A DNA stretch of 55,051 nt, filler included, from Bipalium vagum (lineage: Eukaryota): assembly GCA_037834085.1 (NCBI GenBank). It is 3 parts of 3 records of this genome, joined end to end, with 100 filler letters (N's around TTAATTAATTAA, not from the genome) between each part and the next. Parts side by side here need not be neighbours in the genome. Positions count along the whole stretch, not along the records: positions 1 to 16,896 come from JBBMKC010087690.1; 2 more parts are not named here. One strand, given 5' to 3'. A program made the translations under genes and the position numbers. Of this stretch, positions 1-12,800 are shown piece after piece (within the stretch, counting starts at the first letter, position 1; each line of letters starts with the position of its first letter). A model generated the notes under the pieces. It made no database searches and was not told the origin of the DNA. It saw only the letters and a program-made list of their open reading frames with translations.

Positions 1-297
1 CACAACTAAATACATTTGGGTTTTCTTGGCAAATACTTGTGATATATGTTTTATATTCTTCTTTTTTGTTTTCATCCACATATTTTTCAGAAATTTCATT
101 TAATAAAAAAATTAAACAATTGGCAGATTTTATCCTCAAATTTTGAGAATCTGTTCTTTTGAGTGATTCTAAATATTAATAAATTTTATCAACAATATAA
201 TAAAAATAAAAATATACCATTATTCATTCTAATGCTTATTGTTCAGATGTTAACCTTTAAAAACAAAAAAAAATAAAAGAGTTTACTATAGTTACTA

Positions 298-379
298 AAT
301 TGAAATAAAAAAAACAATTTTGTTAAAGTAATAGTTAATTAATTGAAATAAAAAAAACAATTTTGTTAAATTAATAGTT
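298..379. repeat. Tandem direct repeat, 43-nt period, 2 copies
   Basis: AATTGAAATAAAAAAAACAATTTTGTTAAA(G/T)TAATAGTT at 298-336 and 341-379. Confidence 0.9.
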
Positions 380-396
380 TTTCTTTAAATTTTATT

Positions 397-594
397 TTAT
401 AAAAATGTTTTCTGAAGCTCATTTTCAAAAAATCGTCCTTCAATCTTTTCTCCATTTAAATCAATAATTCCATAAACAATTGGATTAGTAAAATAATTTT
501 CATTAACAATAAAACTTTCTTCTGTCCATTTTGTTGTATATTCTTTTTCAAATTTATTTTTATATTTAAAAATTCGAACTTTATCACCAATATA
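397..594 (-). mobile_element. Polinton/Maverick integrase C-terminal fragment
   Basis: Minus-strand translation YIGDKVRIFKYKNKFEKEYTTKWTEESFIVNENYFTNPIVYGIIDLNGEKIEGRFFENELQKTFL* follows the Polinton c-integrase tail pattern GDxVRIxKxKxxFEKGYTxNWTxEIF...NPxxYxLxDxxGExIxGxFYxxELQK. Confidence 0.8.
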
Positions 595-1084
595 CCGATG
601 GTCAAATACACACCTGATATCTTTATAAATGATGCTTAATAAAAGAACTTTTATAATTAATTATGTATCTATATAAAATACTTATTTAAAATATATAAAT
701 TTTTTTAACTAATTGTACTTTTTAAATAATATTGCCTAATTTAGTATATTTTGAATTTATGTAAAAGTCAAATTTTTTGACACAGGAAGTTTAAATTGTT
801 ATTGCGTAATTTTTTTGAGTTAAAGTTTATTTTAATTTCATAGTACATTAAAAGTATTTTAGATTCTACTTTCATAATGCACAATGTATTTGCAAGAAAA
901 CTGGCTATTCAATGGAGAACAGGTTTATTTTATTCGACCATTGCCACAAGGTTGAGCATTACACGTAACGCAGCCTGCAAATTATGCGTCTACAGATTAA
1001 AAAATTAAAGATGAAGACAGGACCGAAATTAAAAATGGATAAAATGTAAGTTGCGCGTGAAGAGGAAGATTATAATTTTCTACT

Positions 1085-1270
1085 ATTTCATTATAGTTTT
1101 CTAAACGTTTATCAACATGAGTTCCAGATCCTTGTTTTATTTAAAGGATTTAAAGATTTTAAATCAAATTCTCCTGGATATTTTCCTGTTGTAAATTTAT
1201 TTAAAAATTTATTGTTTGTTATTGCTGATTGTATGTCACCTTCTGTTTTTATAAAGAATGATGGATATTT
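1085..1270 (-). mobile_element. Polinton/adintovirus-type phospholipase A2-like gene fragment (frameshifted)
   Basis: NKFLNKFTTGKYPGEFDLKSLNP, then in another frame QGSGTHVDKRLENYN. This resembles the GPGTxLxKRL calcium-loop region of parvovirus-like PLA2 ORFs carried by Polintons. It lies about 500 bp from the integrase fragment on the same strand. Confidence 0.5.
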
Positions 1271-1337
1271 TTCTTGAGTATTTTTTAATTTTTCATCGTT
1301 CGTTGTTTTTTATTTTTCTAGTCGTTGTTGCAATTAT

Positions 1338-1399
1338 CATTATAATCCCCAATCAGCAGAGGACTTTTCATTATAATCCACAATCAGCAGAGGACCTTC
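1338..1399. repeat. Approx. 31-nt tandem duplication at the start of a C/A-rich, coding-like relic (about 1330-1740)
   Basis: CATTATAATCC(C/A)CAATCAGCAGAGGAC occurs twice in tandem. Confidence 0.8.
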
Positions 1400-2308
1400 A
1401 TACGAGGACAGAAACACTATAAATTAGCAAATCAAATCAAAAACAGAGCTAATAAAAAAGGAGATCAATACAAAGTCAACCTCTACGACCATATTCCAAC
1501 GTTCAACCAAAACTTCGACAATAACAATCCAAAATTACGACGATCCAATTCATCCGTACCTACCCGAATCCACCCAGAACGCAACACATTAGAGTGTTCG
1601 CCCATCCAGTTGGTACTGCTCATTTCTTACGGTTCTACCCAATTCCAGTGGACACAATCAGATTCATCCAAATTTATTCCAATCCAATAGCCACGACCCA
1701 ATTCATCCAGTTCTTTTGCCGGCAGAAACCGTTTATGTATTAAGTTTTTTAGTTAATTTTATTTTCTTGATACTGAAAAGTATCAAAGATAATATATATT
1801 TAATTTAGTTTTTGTTACTGTGTTTTATTGTGGTTTAAAATTTAAAATTTTAAAACCTTTTATTTATTTTGGTTTAGAATTAAGAATTTAAAGACATTTT
1901 TATTGTTATTACAGTTTTTAAGTAAAAGTTATAAAGTTTTATTTGTTAATATAATATAATCCGGCTTCAAATAAAATTTGAAAGACTGGTCTCGATTCAT
2001 AATAATTTTAATCTTTATATTTTCATATAATTAACCAAGCGTGTCTTGTCAGACAAGACATAGTTTGTAGAAAATAATATTAAATAAATTCTCAGGCTAG
2101 GACCTGAGCATCAAATAATTTTTTGAGATCTTTTTCTTTAGTTATAATTTTTGTTTCTTTTTTGTTCATATTTCACACGCTAAGTAGGGCGGTGAAATAT
2201 AATTGTTTTTCTTAACTGAGGACCTCTGAGTCTAAGAGCGAGAGGATTTTTATAATTAATAATCTTAATTAATAAATTTCAAATCGGTCAGAATTGTTAT
2301 CACTCATT

Positions 2309-2496
2309 TGTAACGCAATTCATTTTTAATATTAATTTTTATTTCGAGTTCAATAAACGTATTAAACCGATTTCGTTATCTCAGTTAATTCGAATAAACG
2401 AACACAACCTTAAGCAACCTTAAACCGTTGAGACCTAAGCTAAGCTCAAGCTCCGATTTCTAACATCATTTTAACCACCGACTTAGGATCTTAACA
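2309..2496. mobile_element. Possible solo LTR
   Basis: TGTAAC...TTAACA termini, internal AATAAA, flanks CATT / CATA (3 of 4 match, possible target-site duplication). Confidence 0.3.
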
Positions 2497-2589
2497 CATA
2501 AACCACATATTTTGAAATGGGGTTCTTGATATTTAACTTAAGTTAGAATCAAACATTGTGAATATATTGATCCCAAAGTGGCTAATTTA

Positions 2590-3143
2590 TTAGGTTGGAA
2601 ACAAAGTTCTCGCACTATTTTTATTATGAATGATTTTATTGAAAATATAACAAAAATACAATAAAAAAATTCATCAAAATTCACATATCAGTTAATAATG
2701 TAGTCACAGTTGTTCTCCAATACTTCCTTCCAACGACGGGGTAGATCGTAAATGCCTTTCTTGTAAAATTCCATTGGTTTATTAAAATTCCATTGTCGAT
2801 AATAGGGGGTCGACCACTCCTTGCTTTATCTAGGTTGTTCATATGACGGCTCTTGAACTTTTTGAACCAATCAAAGGCTGTACGACGACCAATTGTATCT
2901 TCTCCAAATGCTTCGTTGGGTTTATACCGGATTTGAAATCATATAATAAAAACATACGCAATTGTTCGTGAGATAAGATGATTTTCTCAGCCATATTGGA
3001 TATTAAAATGTGTGCTAAAATAAAAAGTAGTATTTAAACAATATATTGTATCAAAATATATATCTATATTTAAATCAATTACTTATAAATAATTTTAAAA
3101 AGGCATATAACAAAATAGTGCGAGAACTTTGTTTCCAACCCAA
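2590..3143 (-). mobile_element. Internally deleted mariner element with intact TIRs
   Basis: 32-bp TIRs TT(A/G)GGTTGGAAACAAAGTTCTCGCACTATTTT at 2590-2621 and 3112-3143. Minus strand encodes the N-terminal HTH (EAFGEDTIGRRTAFDWFKKFK...RSGRP) joined directly to the C-terminus (FYKKGIYDLPRRWKEVLENNCDYIIN*). Confidence 0.9.
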
Positions 3144-3633
3144 TTAAATGTACATAAAAATAGCTTTCTGATTATTTTGATTCTTGAATATTTTTACCAT
3201 TATCATTTATTTATATATTCTCGTTATTTCTACCTCTTTTTTGCATCTTTTACATGAGACAATGGACCCGTTATCATTGTCAGTGAAAGAAGATATTGCA
3301 TAGTGTGTCTAATGTGGAGTCTCGTTCCTTTTATTTTATTGTTTTTACAAAAATTTTAGAAACCAACTATTTATAAATTTCAAAATATCCGTGCTTATTT
3401 GTTAGAATATTATGAAAGCTGCGGGGTTTCGATGAAAATATTATTTGTCTTCATAACGGAAGATTGTATAAAATTTTTCTGCTTTTACAAAATTTTTTAA
3501 ACTTTCTCTTCAACAGTAATGTTTGCATAGCTCCAGACATTGATAACTTTTAAAAGGAAAAAATAATTTTTCAGTTGAGGATATAAAAGAGAGTTTGTAA
3601 GCAAAATGTAAAAGATTTTATTTTTATTAACAA

Positions 3634-4105
3634 ATGAAAATATTGTTCCTATACTTCTCACATATCTGGCTATTAAGATATTCACGAGGTTTCGATCTAT
3701 TATCGCGTAACATGAAAACAATTCAATCCAAAACATATGAAGATTATTATGGTCACTTGGCCGTTGATGGAAATTACGAGCAAATAATAAGCAAAGCAGG
3801 CATTCATAGTCGAGTGTGTGCCCACACAATTGATGGTGGATGGTGGATGCTGGATCTCGGTCAAGAATATTTCATTAGCCACATCGTTTATTATAATAGA
3901 ATAGAAAATAATCAGTTGGCAATTATAGGCACGACTATTGAATTGATCAGCGAAAGTAACTCAGACACTCATATATGCTACAAGGTAACTGAGTTTCAAA
4001 AAATATATAATTTCAGCTGTGATATGAAAATTGGAAGGTACGTCAAGATAATACCTGACAATGACCAAAATTTCCTTCAACTTTGTGAATTGGACTGCTT
4101 TGGAA
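3634..4105 (+). CDS. F-type lectin (fucolectin/FTP) domain 1 with putative signal peptide, first exon
   Basis: MKILFLYFSHIWLLRYSRG leader, then QSKTY..LAVDGN..CAHT..WWMLDLG..ISHIVYYNR..GRYVKI..LQLCELDCFG. Phase-1 donor GGAA|GTAAAT at 4105/4106. The poly-Ile tail in the ORF track is intronic (ATT)n read-through. Confidence 0.85.
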
Positions 4106-4127
4106 GTAAATTCATTAACATTTTCGA

Positions 4128-4131
<4 letters not shown>

Positions 4132-4176
<45 letters not shown>
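4132..4176. repeat. (ATT)15 microsatellite
   Basis: Directly visible. Confidence 0.95.
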
Positions 4177-4702
4177 TATATTGACATAATTTTAAATTAT
4201 AAAAAATTAAGAAATATAAATTAAATCATAAATTCCTTAAATATATATTATTAAATTTATTTTTAAATTATTATAACTATTTTAAAAATTAACATAAAAT
4301 AATCAGAAATTCAAAGAATCACCTTCCTCTTTTTTTCGATTACTAGAGAACAAAAATTTTTTTTTATTACCCTTTATTAATTTAATGTTATAACAATTAT
4401 CTACCATTCCACGTTTCAGTTAGTTTAAAAATCTAAATTATTTTAAAATATTCTTAGAAATATAAAATCTTTGAGTTTCTTCTTTAAAGAAGGTAAGGAG
4501 TGTATGTCAAGATATTTAATACTGAGTAAATGATATTTTCCTAATTTAGAATAAAATTTTTATCCAAATTTGTCATTTACTACTTTTACATCAGAATAAA
4601 TTATGAAACTGTCAGACGCGATTCATTTGTCTTTTCTCTTTAAATAAATAAGATTGTATCTAAATGTTTAATTTTTTATTTGACTAGGAATTTATAAGTT
4701 TA

Positions 4703-4718
4703 TAATAATAATAACAAC

Positions 4719-4772
<54 letters not shown>
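4703..4772. repeat. (AAT)n microsatellite with two AAC interruptions
   Basis: Directly visible. Confidence 0.95.
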
Positions 4773-5329
4773 TCATTAATATTACACAATTTTTGCACAA
4801 GTGAAATTTTAATCATTTGATAAATTTATTTATAAATTACTTAAAATAATTTTTTAATAAAGCATTTTTATTTTTTTAAGTGTACTCAGTTTGTGGACAA
4901 TGTATAACCGAATTTTAGGCACAATTGTAAACTCTATTTTTTATTTAATCATATTAGAAAACCCGCACACTTTGATTCTGAGGTCATTAAATAAAAGATT
5001 ATGGATTTTTCAAATCATTTTTTGTCTCTACATAATTTTCTTACTTAAAAACTTTGAATTTTCTATGATTATTCAAACACACCAATATTCTGTAACCTAT
5101 TTATGAATCAATTAAATCGATGTTATAGGTTTTATATAGGAAACTCTGGTTTTGTTTTCATAATCATTTCAGCTCCTAAAATATATATATCATTTATAAT
5201 TTAATAAAAAATTATTTGCGAATTCTTAAAAAATTGAAATTAAATATAAATAAAAATAAATATTTGTGAAACCCGTTTATCTTTGCTACCGAATAAATTA
5301 ACCAAAATCACTAGGAAGGAAACGGATTG

Positions 5330-5910
5330 AGAGCAGTGCACAATGAAAATCGATGATTAATGTGACCAAATAAAGAACGTTCTGTTATTAGACATTGATA
5401 ATTTGCTACTTTAATTTTATTAAACATAGAAAGATCACCAGGCTCAATGATATACATCAATGTAGTGATGATTTCTACATCAGTATGAGCAGTAAAAGAT
5501 TTGATTATCACAAAATGCTTCTGTAAGTCTGGATTTCGCATTCACGGTAAGGATGTTGACAATGTAAATGTGGAGGAAGAAATAAATAAATCCAACATGC
5601 CTGGGGAGTACATCGACATTGACCCGCAGAACCAATTCTATGAGAAGAATAAGGTGAATGAAGACTCCACCATAATTGTAGAAGGCGCTACCAAGCAACC
5701 CTATCTGGAACTCATTTACGAGTAATGATAATGAAAAGTAGCTTTTATTAACCTCTCTGTTCTGCTGACAATTTTGCATGATGCTGAACGTTTTCTTGTA
5801 CAGCATGGTAAAGCAAACCTCTACCCTAAAGTTAAGGAACTCAAAGTAAATATAAAGAAAATTCCAGATATTGCCTTAGTAAAACAGAATATACGTGGGT
5901 TTCGTCAGTG
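5330..5910 (+). mobile_element. pogo/Tigger-like transposase C-terminal relic
   Basis: INVVMISTSV*AVKDLIITKCFCKSGF followed by an acidic tail resembles the Tigger AWxxVxxxTIxNCFxKAGF region. Contains in-frame stops. Confidence 0.55.
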
Positions 5911-6381
5911 ATATCTTTACTTATATTTATTGTTCTTACATAAACAATGTTTTGCATTTTTTGTTATTTTTATTGTGTATTAATATATATTTGTTTTAAT
6001 TTAGAAACCTGGTAAAAATAAACTTTTAGTCAAGATTTTCTTACCATTGCAATTTTAGACATTTGATTGTTACATAAGGAACCTCAAGTAGTGTGGCACT
6101 CCACTTAAAGTGACAAAAGATTCCAGAACGGATGTAACCACGTATACTATAAATTATTATATATTATTAATTATGGTCTTAATATTAACTGTACCATTAT
6201 TTCAGCATAAACCTTGATTGACTTTAAAGCACCCTGCCTACCTATGAACATCTATTAGAATAGAACACAATTTTAATTCAGTTGATTATTATTTGATTAA
6301 TTAATGCTTAACCACGGATTAGGAAATGATTTTCTGTCTCAAGCTTTAAATATATTTTAAAAAATTTTTATCTTTATGTAG

Positions 6382-6822
6382 GAGATCTGGAGGATGCTAA
6401 ATTATTATCTCGATTCATGAATACAAGCCAATCTTCCACAAGTGGAGATTTGAAAAGTAATCTCGCAGTTGATGGAAAATATGGGAATGTATTATGGAAA
6501 CGACAATTCGGGAATGTTATTTCTAAATGTTCTCAAACAATCCATCGTTTTAAAGGAGGATGGTGGAAAGTGGATCTCGAACAAGAATACAATATCAGTC
6601 ACATACGACTTTACAATAGAATAGGGATTTATACCGAAAGAATTCTTGGTGTCATTATAGAATTACTTAATGACGAAAGCACGGTAACACATACTTGTTA
6701 TAAAATAACAACCATTCAGATTGCCTACCACATAAAATGCAATTGGAATATAGGAAGGTTTGTGAGAGTATCTGCCACTACAGAAAACGGTCTGACACTT
6801 TGTGAACTGGATTGTTTTGGAA
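6382..6822 (+). CDS. F-type lectin (FTP) domain 2, symmetric phase 1-1 exon
   Basis: Acceptor TTTATGTAG|GA at 6381/6382; SQSST..LAVDGKY..CSQT..WWKVDLEQEYNISHIRLYNR..GRFVRV..LTLCELDCFG; donor GGAA|GTAAAT at 6822/6823. Can splice in frame to domain 1. Confidence 0.85.
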
Positions 6823-7959
6823 GTAAATTTTATTTATAATTATAATTATTAATAATTATTAATGAATTAAAGTTTATTAATAAATGATTTAATAAAATAA
6901 AAATTAATTCTTTTTATTATATTTTGATTTTGTTGTGTGTGTTTTGTTGTTGATGGCGTCTATATATTCTCAATATGTTATTTATGATGTCTTCTATAAA
7001 AATATATGTTTGAGATATTTCTTCAATATCATCTTTTTTCATAAAAAATGGTTTATTATTAAGTTTCATATTAATTTTGTGTAGATACGTGTACAATAAC
7101 TTGCCTTTTTATGACAGTAAAAGTTTATAATTAAAAAAAACATATATATCCATATGAAATTTCATTATGATGTACAATTAATGTAACTAATGGATTGGTA
7201 AGAAAGTTCGAGCGCTTTTTAATGAAAAGATAAAATCAAAATATTTTATTGAATAAAACAATTTTTATCAATTATATTTTTGTTACATATGTGAGTTGAA
7301 TTGGGTTAAGAAAATCAATTGAGGAACTTAACAAAAATAACTTACAGATGAACGTTCAAAGCAAAAATATCAAACTTTAATATGACAATGGAAAATAAAA
7401 ACGATCAAATAAAAATTCCAATTAACTAAGATAACGCAATTGTTTACAAAATATTTATTTGAAATTATGATTTTTACAACTTGATACTTTATGGGATGAA
7501 CAAAGTTAAAGAAATTTTTTGGCACAAACTTAGTTTCGTGAGCAAAAGCCCTCAGCAATTTACCAGCTCGCGGCTGTGTAAATTGTAAGAAGTAAATAGA
7601 AGAAAAACAAAATTTATTTAATTCTCAAAAAAGTTTCGAGCACTTATTTATAAGGATATATTAATAATATTATCAAGTCAAGCGGTAAAGATTGCTTGAT
7701 AGTTTATAATATAGGTTTGATATATAAATTTAAACTTCTGTCGGATTTTGATTTAGTCTGATAATATTTTACATTTGTAACAGCGATTGATATTACGATT
7801 ATCGCATTTGTGCGTCTCTTTGATGCGATTTTAACTAATCCTGGTTAGTTTATACAGAAATAATATAAATATTATATAATATAATAATACAAAATAACAC
7901 TAGTGATAATTATTTCCCCTAATATCAATGGCTTTTATTCTTGCTTCACTAGTAAAGCA

Positions 7960-8900
7960 GTCTTTATCAGTATGTGCATTTCCCTGGTAACTATTGCACT
8001 TCTTTTTGTTGCAATTTCTTCATATATGTTATTCTGAGCCAAATGCAAAACATTGCCTTCCATTTCCAAGCTGAGCAGATTTTGCTTATGTGTCCCATTC
8101 TGTTTGGAAGCAGACCATCTATTTCTTTTTTTCTGTCTGGTCGCTGTCTATTTTCATTTCTATAAACAATATTATTAATTTGTTTTGTAACACGTGGTAC
8201 CTGGCTTTCTAATCTCTACTTTTATTTTCACTACATCTTTGTAAGCAACACCGTTTACTTCTATTGATACTAATCTTCCTTTATCGAATTTTTTCATTTC
8301 GTTTTCAACTCTTCCGTATCCTTTTTCTCCTTTCTTTGTAAATTTCGCCAAATTTCTTTGTCATTGTAACAGTGTAACAGAGTGTATTCTATTAATCGGT
8401 TTACTAAATTACTATTTTTTCTTATATAAACGTCAATATTCTCTTCTTCAAGCTTAAAATTGAAAGCTTCTTTGAGATCCCTCACCCTTGATTTTGGTTT
8501 TCCAAATTTAATTCTCATTCAATCTTCGTAATTCGTTTTCGAACTCGTTAACATTCTTTGTCAGACACAAATAATTCCCACATTTGTAAAGAAATTTCTC
8601 TTTTCTAAACATAAATCTTCTATTTTCTTTTTGTTTTTTACATAAATGTGACCATTGTTCAACTGTTCATAATTTGTTGTTATTGTTTTATTTTTTCAAA
8701 TTACTTTCATTGAAAATTATTATGAGTTTTAGTTTCAATATCTTTATGAGTTATTCCACCGAATAAACAATGCTCTAATAACTTCGTCAAATTACTTCCT
8801 ACTTCATTATCTTTTTAATCTTCTTTTCTTCTTTCAGCTAAATCAAGAATATAATCCCTCATTGGTGATTCTTTAAAATTTACTTCATAGACCAAATTAT
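7960..8900 (-). mobile_element. Degenerate LTR-retrotransposon gag relic
   Basis: Two decayed CCHC knuckles near 8010-8110 (..NRMGHISKIC; RQCFAFGSE*HI*RNC) downstream of the helical ORF 8294-8518. Confidence 0.5.
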
Positions 8901-9109
8901 CAAACTAATTTAAATTATTTTTAGTTTTTAATCCTCACAATCATATTTAGTGATGAATCAATCTGTTGTCTATTGCAAAGTGATAGACTTTTAAGTGTGA
9001 TACATTACCCTGCAAATGACAAAATGATGACTTGATGTACCAATATCAAAAGTTTATACCTAAAATTTTGATATTGGTACCATATGATTTGGATTCTAGG
9101 CACTTCTTG

Positions 9110-9430
9110 TATTAATCAGAGGTAATTTGAATACTCTTCGATTCATTAAAAAAATGCGAGACCACATACCACCAGAATAGCAACAAACATTTTGTAAGAA
9201 TTAGAAGTTGAAACTGTAACTTGGCCAGCATAGTCACCACGTTTATTTTCTATTGAATATGTGTTGGATATCATGAGTTATCAGTAACGGTCTACTCTTT
9301 ATACTCATAAAACAATAAATGAATTAAAAAACCAGCTTCAACAAATATGAAACGACATAACTCAAAAGGAAATAAATATACCAATAAAAATCCAAAAATA
9401 TGTCGTAAACTGTGATGACATAACTCCTTA
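9110..9430 (+). mobile_element. Tc1-like transposase C-terminal relic
   Basis: NARPHTTRIA...VTWPA*SPRLFSIEYVLDIM corresponds to DNARPH...WPAxSPDLNPIENVW. Confidence 0.7.
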
Positions 9431-9826
9431 TTGATATCTCTACATTTTTCCACAAAAGTTTTTGATAATTTTATTGGTCTGTTTTAATTGAAAATGAGTA
9501 CACATTATTTATCTTTCTACTCTATTTTTTCACCTTATTTTAAATTTCTTTTTATAAATATTATAATTGAAATTTATTTTGTTAATTAAAAAGATCTTAA
9601 TAATATTTAAATAATCTTTTATGTTAAAATCCAATAGCCTTTGCTTAAACTTATTCTCTAATCTTTTCTTCAGAGTTTATCTTTATAAAAATGGAGTGTT
9701 GTTTAAGTTTGTAAATTAAATTTATCAGAAGTCAAATTAATATTAAATATTTTAATTATTAACTTTTTAAAAAATACTTATTTACAGATATTTTTACTTT
9801 TTCTTAATAACATTAATATCTTTTAG

Positions 9827-12800
9827 CTTTATTCGATACGCGGAACTAACTATGTGTATGAAATTGGGCTTGAGTTGGAGAATGAACTGAAGAATCTTAG
9901 CGAATCTCTCAATAATATTGCAACTGAATCATTAATTCAGAAAATTTTTAATGTTCTAAAAGAATTGCAAAAACATTGCCAACTCTATGAAATGAAAAAT
10001 AAGGAAATCAATAATTTAAAAGAAATCATTAAAAAATATGAAACCGAAAAAGTTTCTCGAGAACAAAAAAAGCAAAATAACGAAAAGGTAAAATATAATT
10101 GATTAGTATCATTTTTATTAATCGTACTTATTGTAATTTATAATATCTGATAAATCAATAATAACGTTTATTTATATATAATCTTTATTTAATCAATACT
10201 TAATACTTAATCATTATAAATTCACTTAATAGTGATTGAAAATAAAGTAACTTACTGACTTATTTTTCGGACAATAAAATCATTCTGAAATCTTGCAAAC
10301 TATTAAAGTCCTATAATAATAATAACAATTAATAATTAATAAATAAATGAATTTTTGAAAAATGACATATGTATGTAGTTTTAATTATCATTTATAAAAT
10401 AAATACATTTTATAACCTCTCATCCGTTAACCAAACCAATCATCTTTATCTTAAAGCCGGTTCATGGACGACATTCTTTTTCAAAAGCCTTGCATGGTTA
10501 AATTGAAGATCAATTTTATTTTATCCATAATTTTTTAAATATTGATTCTTAGGTACTTTTATTAATATATAACACTATATATATCCCCTAGTTATAAAAA
10601 TTTCCAAAAATAATACTGGGGATATACTATAGTACAGACTTGCATTTATTTTATTTAATAAAAAATCCGAATCAATTTTCTATCGGAAATTCTTAATCGT
10701 CTTTGTGATACACTTAAACTGAAATTTTCAGCCTTTGCTACTTTCTTATACATTGATTTAAAGGTTTATCTTCTCTTTTTTCACAATTTAATTTTTGGAT
10801 CATGTTAAATTTCTTTTAGACTTACTGTTTTTTTTTTCATTATAACAGTACTTCCAATTTTTAAAAAATTTGATTAGATTTATTATATTAAAATATTTTT
10901 AATTGTTTAATCTTTTATGACAACAATTTTACTGGAACATTGTTTTACTTCAATATAATTATGAAATTTTTATTTATTATTTTTTTATTGTAAAAAATAT
11001 TTAAAACCAAATGCAGAAAATATGACTTTTCCGAAAATACGAATAGGATTGTTCAGTAAATGCAATAATTCTAGTGTAAAGACTAAAGAACATTCATTAA
11101 AATTACTGTTAAAAATCACTATATACAAGCTTATTGATTCCAAAGGAGAAAGAATTAATTATTAAATCTAATACCTTTGTACCTATGAGTGTAATATATC
11201 TTGTACATATTTATTTTTTTATTTATTTTTAATTCGTCAATAAAAAGTAGAAATACTAAGGACAAAGACTTTTGTACTCTGCTGTAGATTATTTTTTTAC
11301 CTGACTTCCATTTAAATATTACTCTTCCTAAAAATTTGATATTCATCTGATAATCTTGTTGATTTCTCTTATCTTCATTTAAATTTCTCTTGGCAATAAA
11401 ATTAAAATTTATAATTGATTTAAAATTATTAAAATACAAAATTATTTATTTTTATTAAAAATCATTGACTATAGGTTTTTTTGATTTTTATTAATTATTT
11501 ATTCTGTAATATATTATTTTTTTATCAAAGTTTTGTTGTTTTAATCACTTTATTTTTATTAACATGATTTTGAAGATTATTTTTATTATTTACTATTATT
11601 CTATCATTTTTATTTTCATTAATCATTTTTTATCCTATTTTTCTCTATTTTTTGTTTTAATACATATGAATAATATACATTATATGTATATATTTATTTA
11701 AAAATAACCACTTTCCATTACAGTGTATATAAATAATATTGAGTATTATATAGTATAATAAATAATATTGAGAAAATACAAAATATCTCCAGTTCATCAA
11801 TATTTCATAATGAAATAAGGAGAATTACACCGACAAAAATCACTGCCAAAATATAACTAAACATTTCAATGAAAAAAAAACCCATTATTTTTATCAGGAA
11901 AACAAAAGCAGTGATTTATTTTGATCATGAACTAATTTCATAAATTCTTGAAACGATTCCCAAGGGATTCGATATATAATAAAGTTTAAAGAAAATATAA
12001 AAATAAAATACCAAACTAATTATAAAATATATTAACATACTAACTCTCAGTTTTAAAAATTACAGAAGATTAACTATTCTTTTAGGAAAATAGAATATAA
12101 GGAAATGAAATAATAAGGTTTTTTTATCCACGAGATTCTTTATTTTTAGCCTAACTAATAGGATTAACTTTAAAATAAATGAAATCTGCCCTTACCGTGT
12201 ACAATGCTGTTCTCAATCGTCCAAGGAATACATTAAGAAATCTAATTTTTTGAAAAGACTATCCTTAATAACTGAACTTAGTACGTTTCCAGGAGATAAA
12301 TCCTAATAATCTCTAAGACTGAAATTAATAATTTTCGTTAAAACAAAAATTAAATTTTCTTTGGATTTTGTTATTTTCTGTTCACTGACGTTCTAAGGTA
12401 ATATCTACTAAAATTAAGTTTAACCATTAACAAAAATAATAAAATCTATATCTGTATTGCATCGTTTAGTTTTCAATTTTCTTGAAAATTTTGAATATTT
12501 CAAAGAAATGTGTAAGGGATGAGGCTTTTTGAAATTTACTTAATAATTGAGTGTGAGGATCGGTTGTTTACTTAATAACTTCTCATTAACCATTTTTTTA
12601 ATTTACGAAATATTTTAATTAAAATTTTGGCAATGTTTCCATGGTGATCTCGATATTTTCAATAAACTAAATAAAATAATTATCAGGCGGAAATGGTTTG
12701 AAAAATTTTGGTTTTTTGCCTTAGTTATTTAAGATGTTAGTCTGTTTTTTTATCACTTTATTTATTATTTATATTTATCACCTTTATTAAAATTAACGAA

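Noticed and set aside
4106-4224. Poly-Ile transmembrane tail on the lectin ORF
   Set aside because: Translation of an intronic (ATT)n microsatellite past a donor that is conserved in the second lectin exon.
5947-6015. Separate signal-peptide exon for lectin domain 2 (MFCIFCYFYCVLIY..)
   Set aside because: Its donor is phase 2 while the domain-2 acceptor is phase 1, and the hydrophobicity follows from T-richness.
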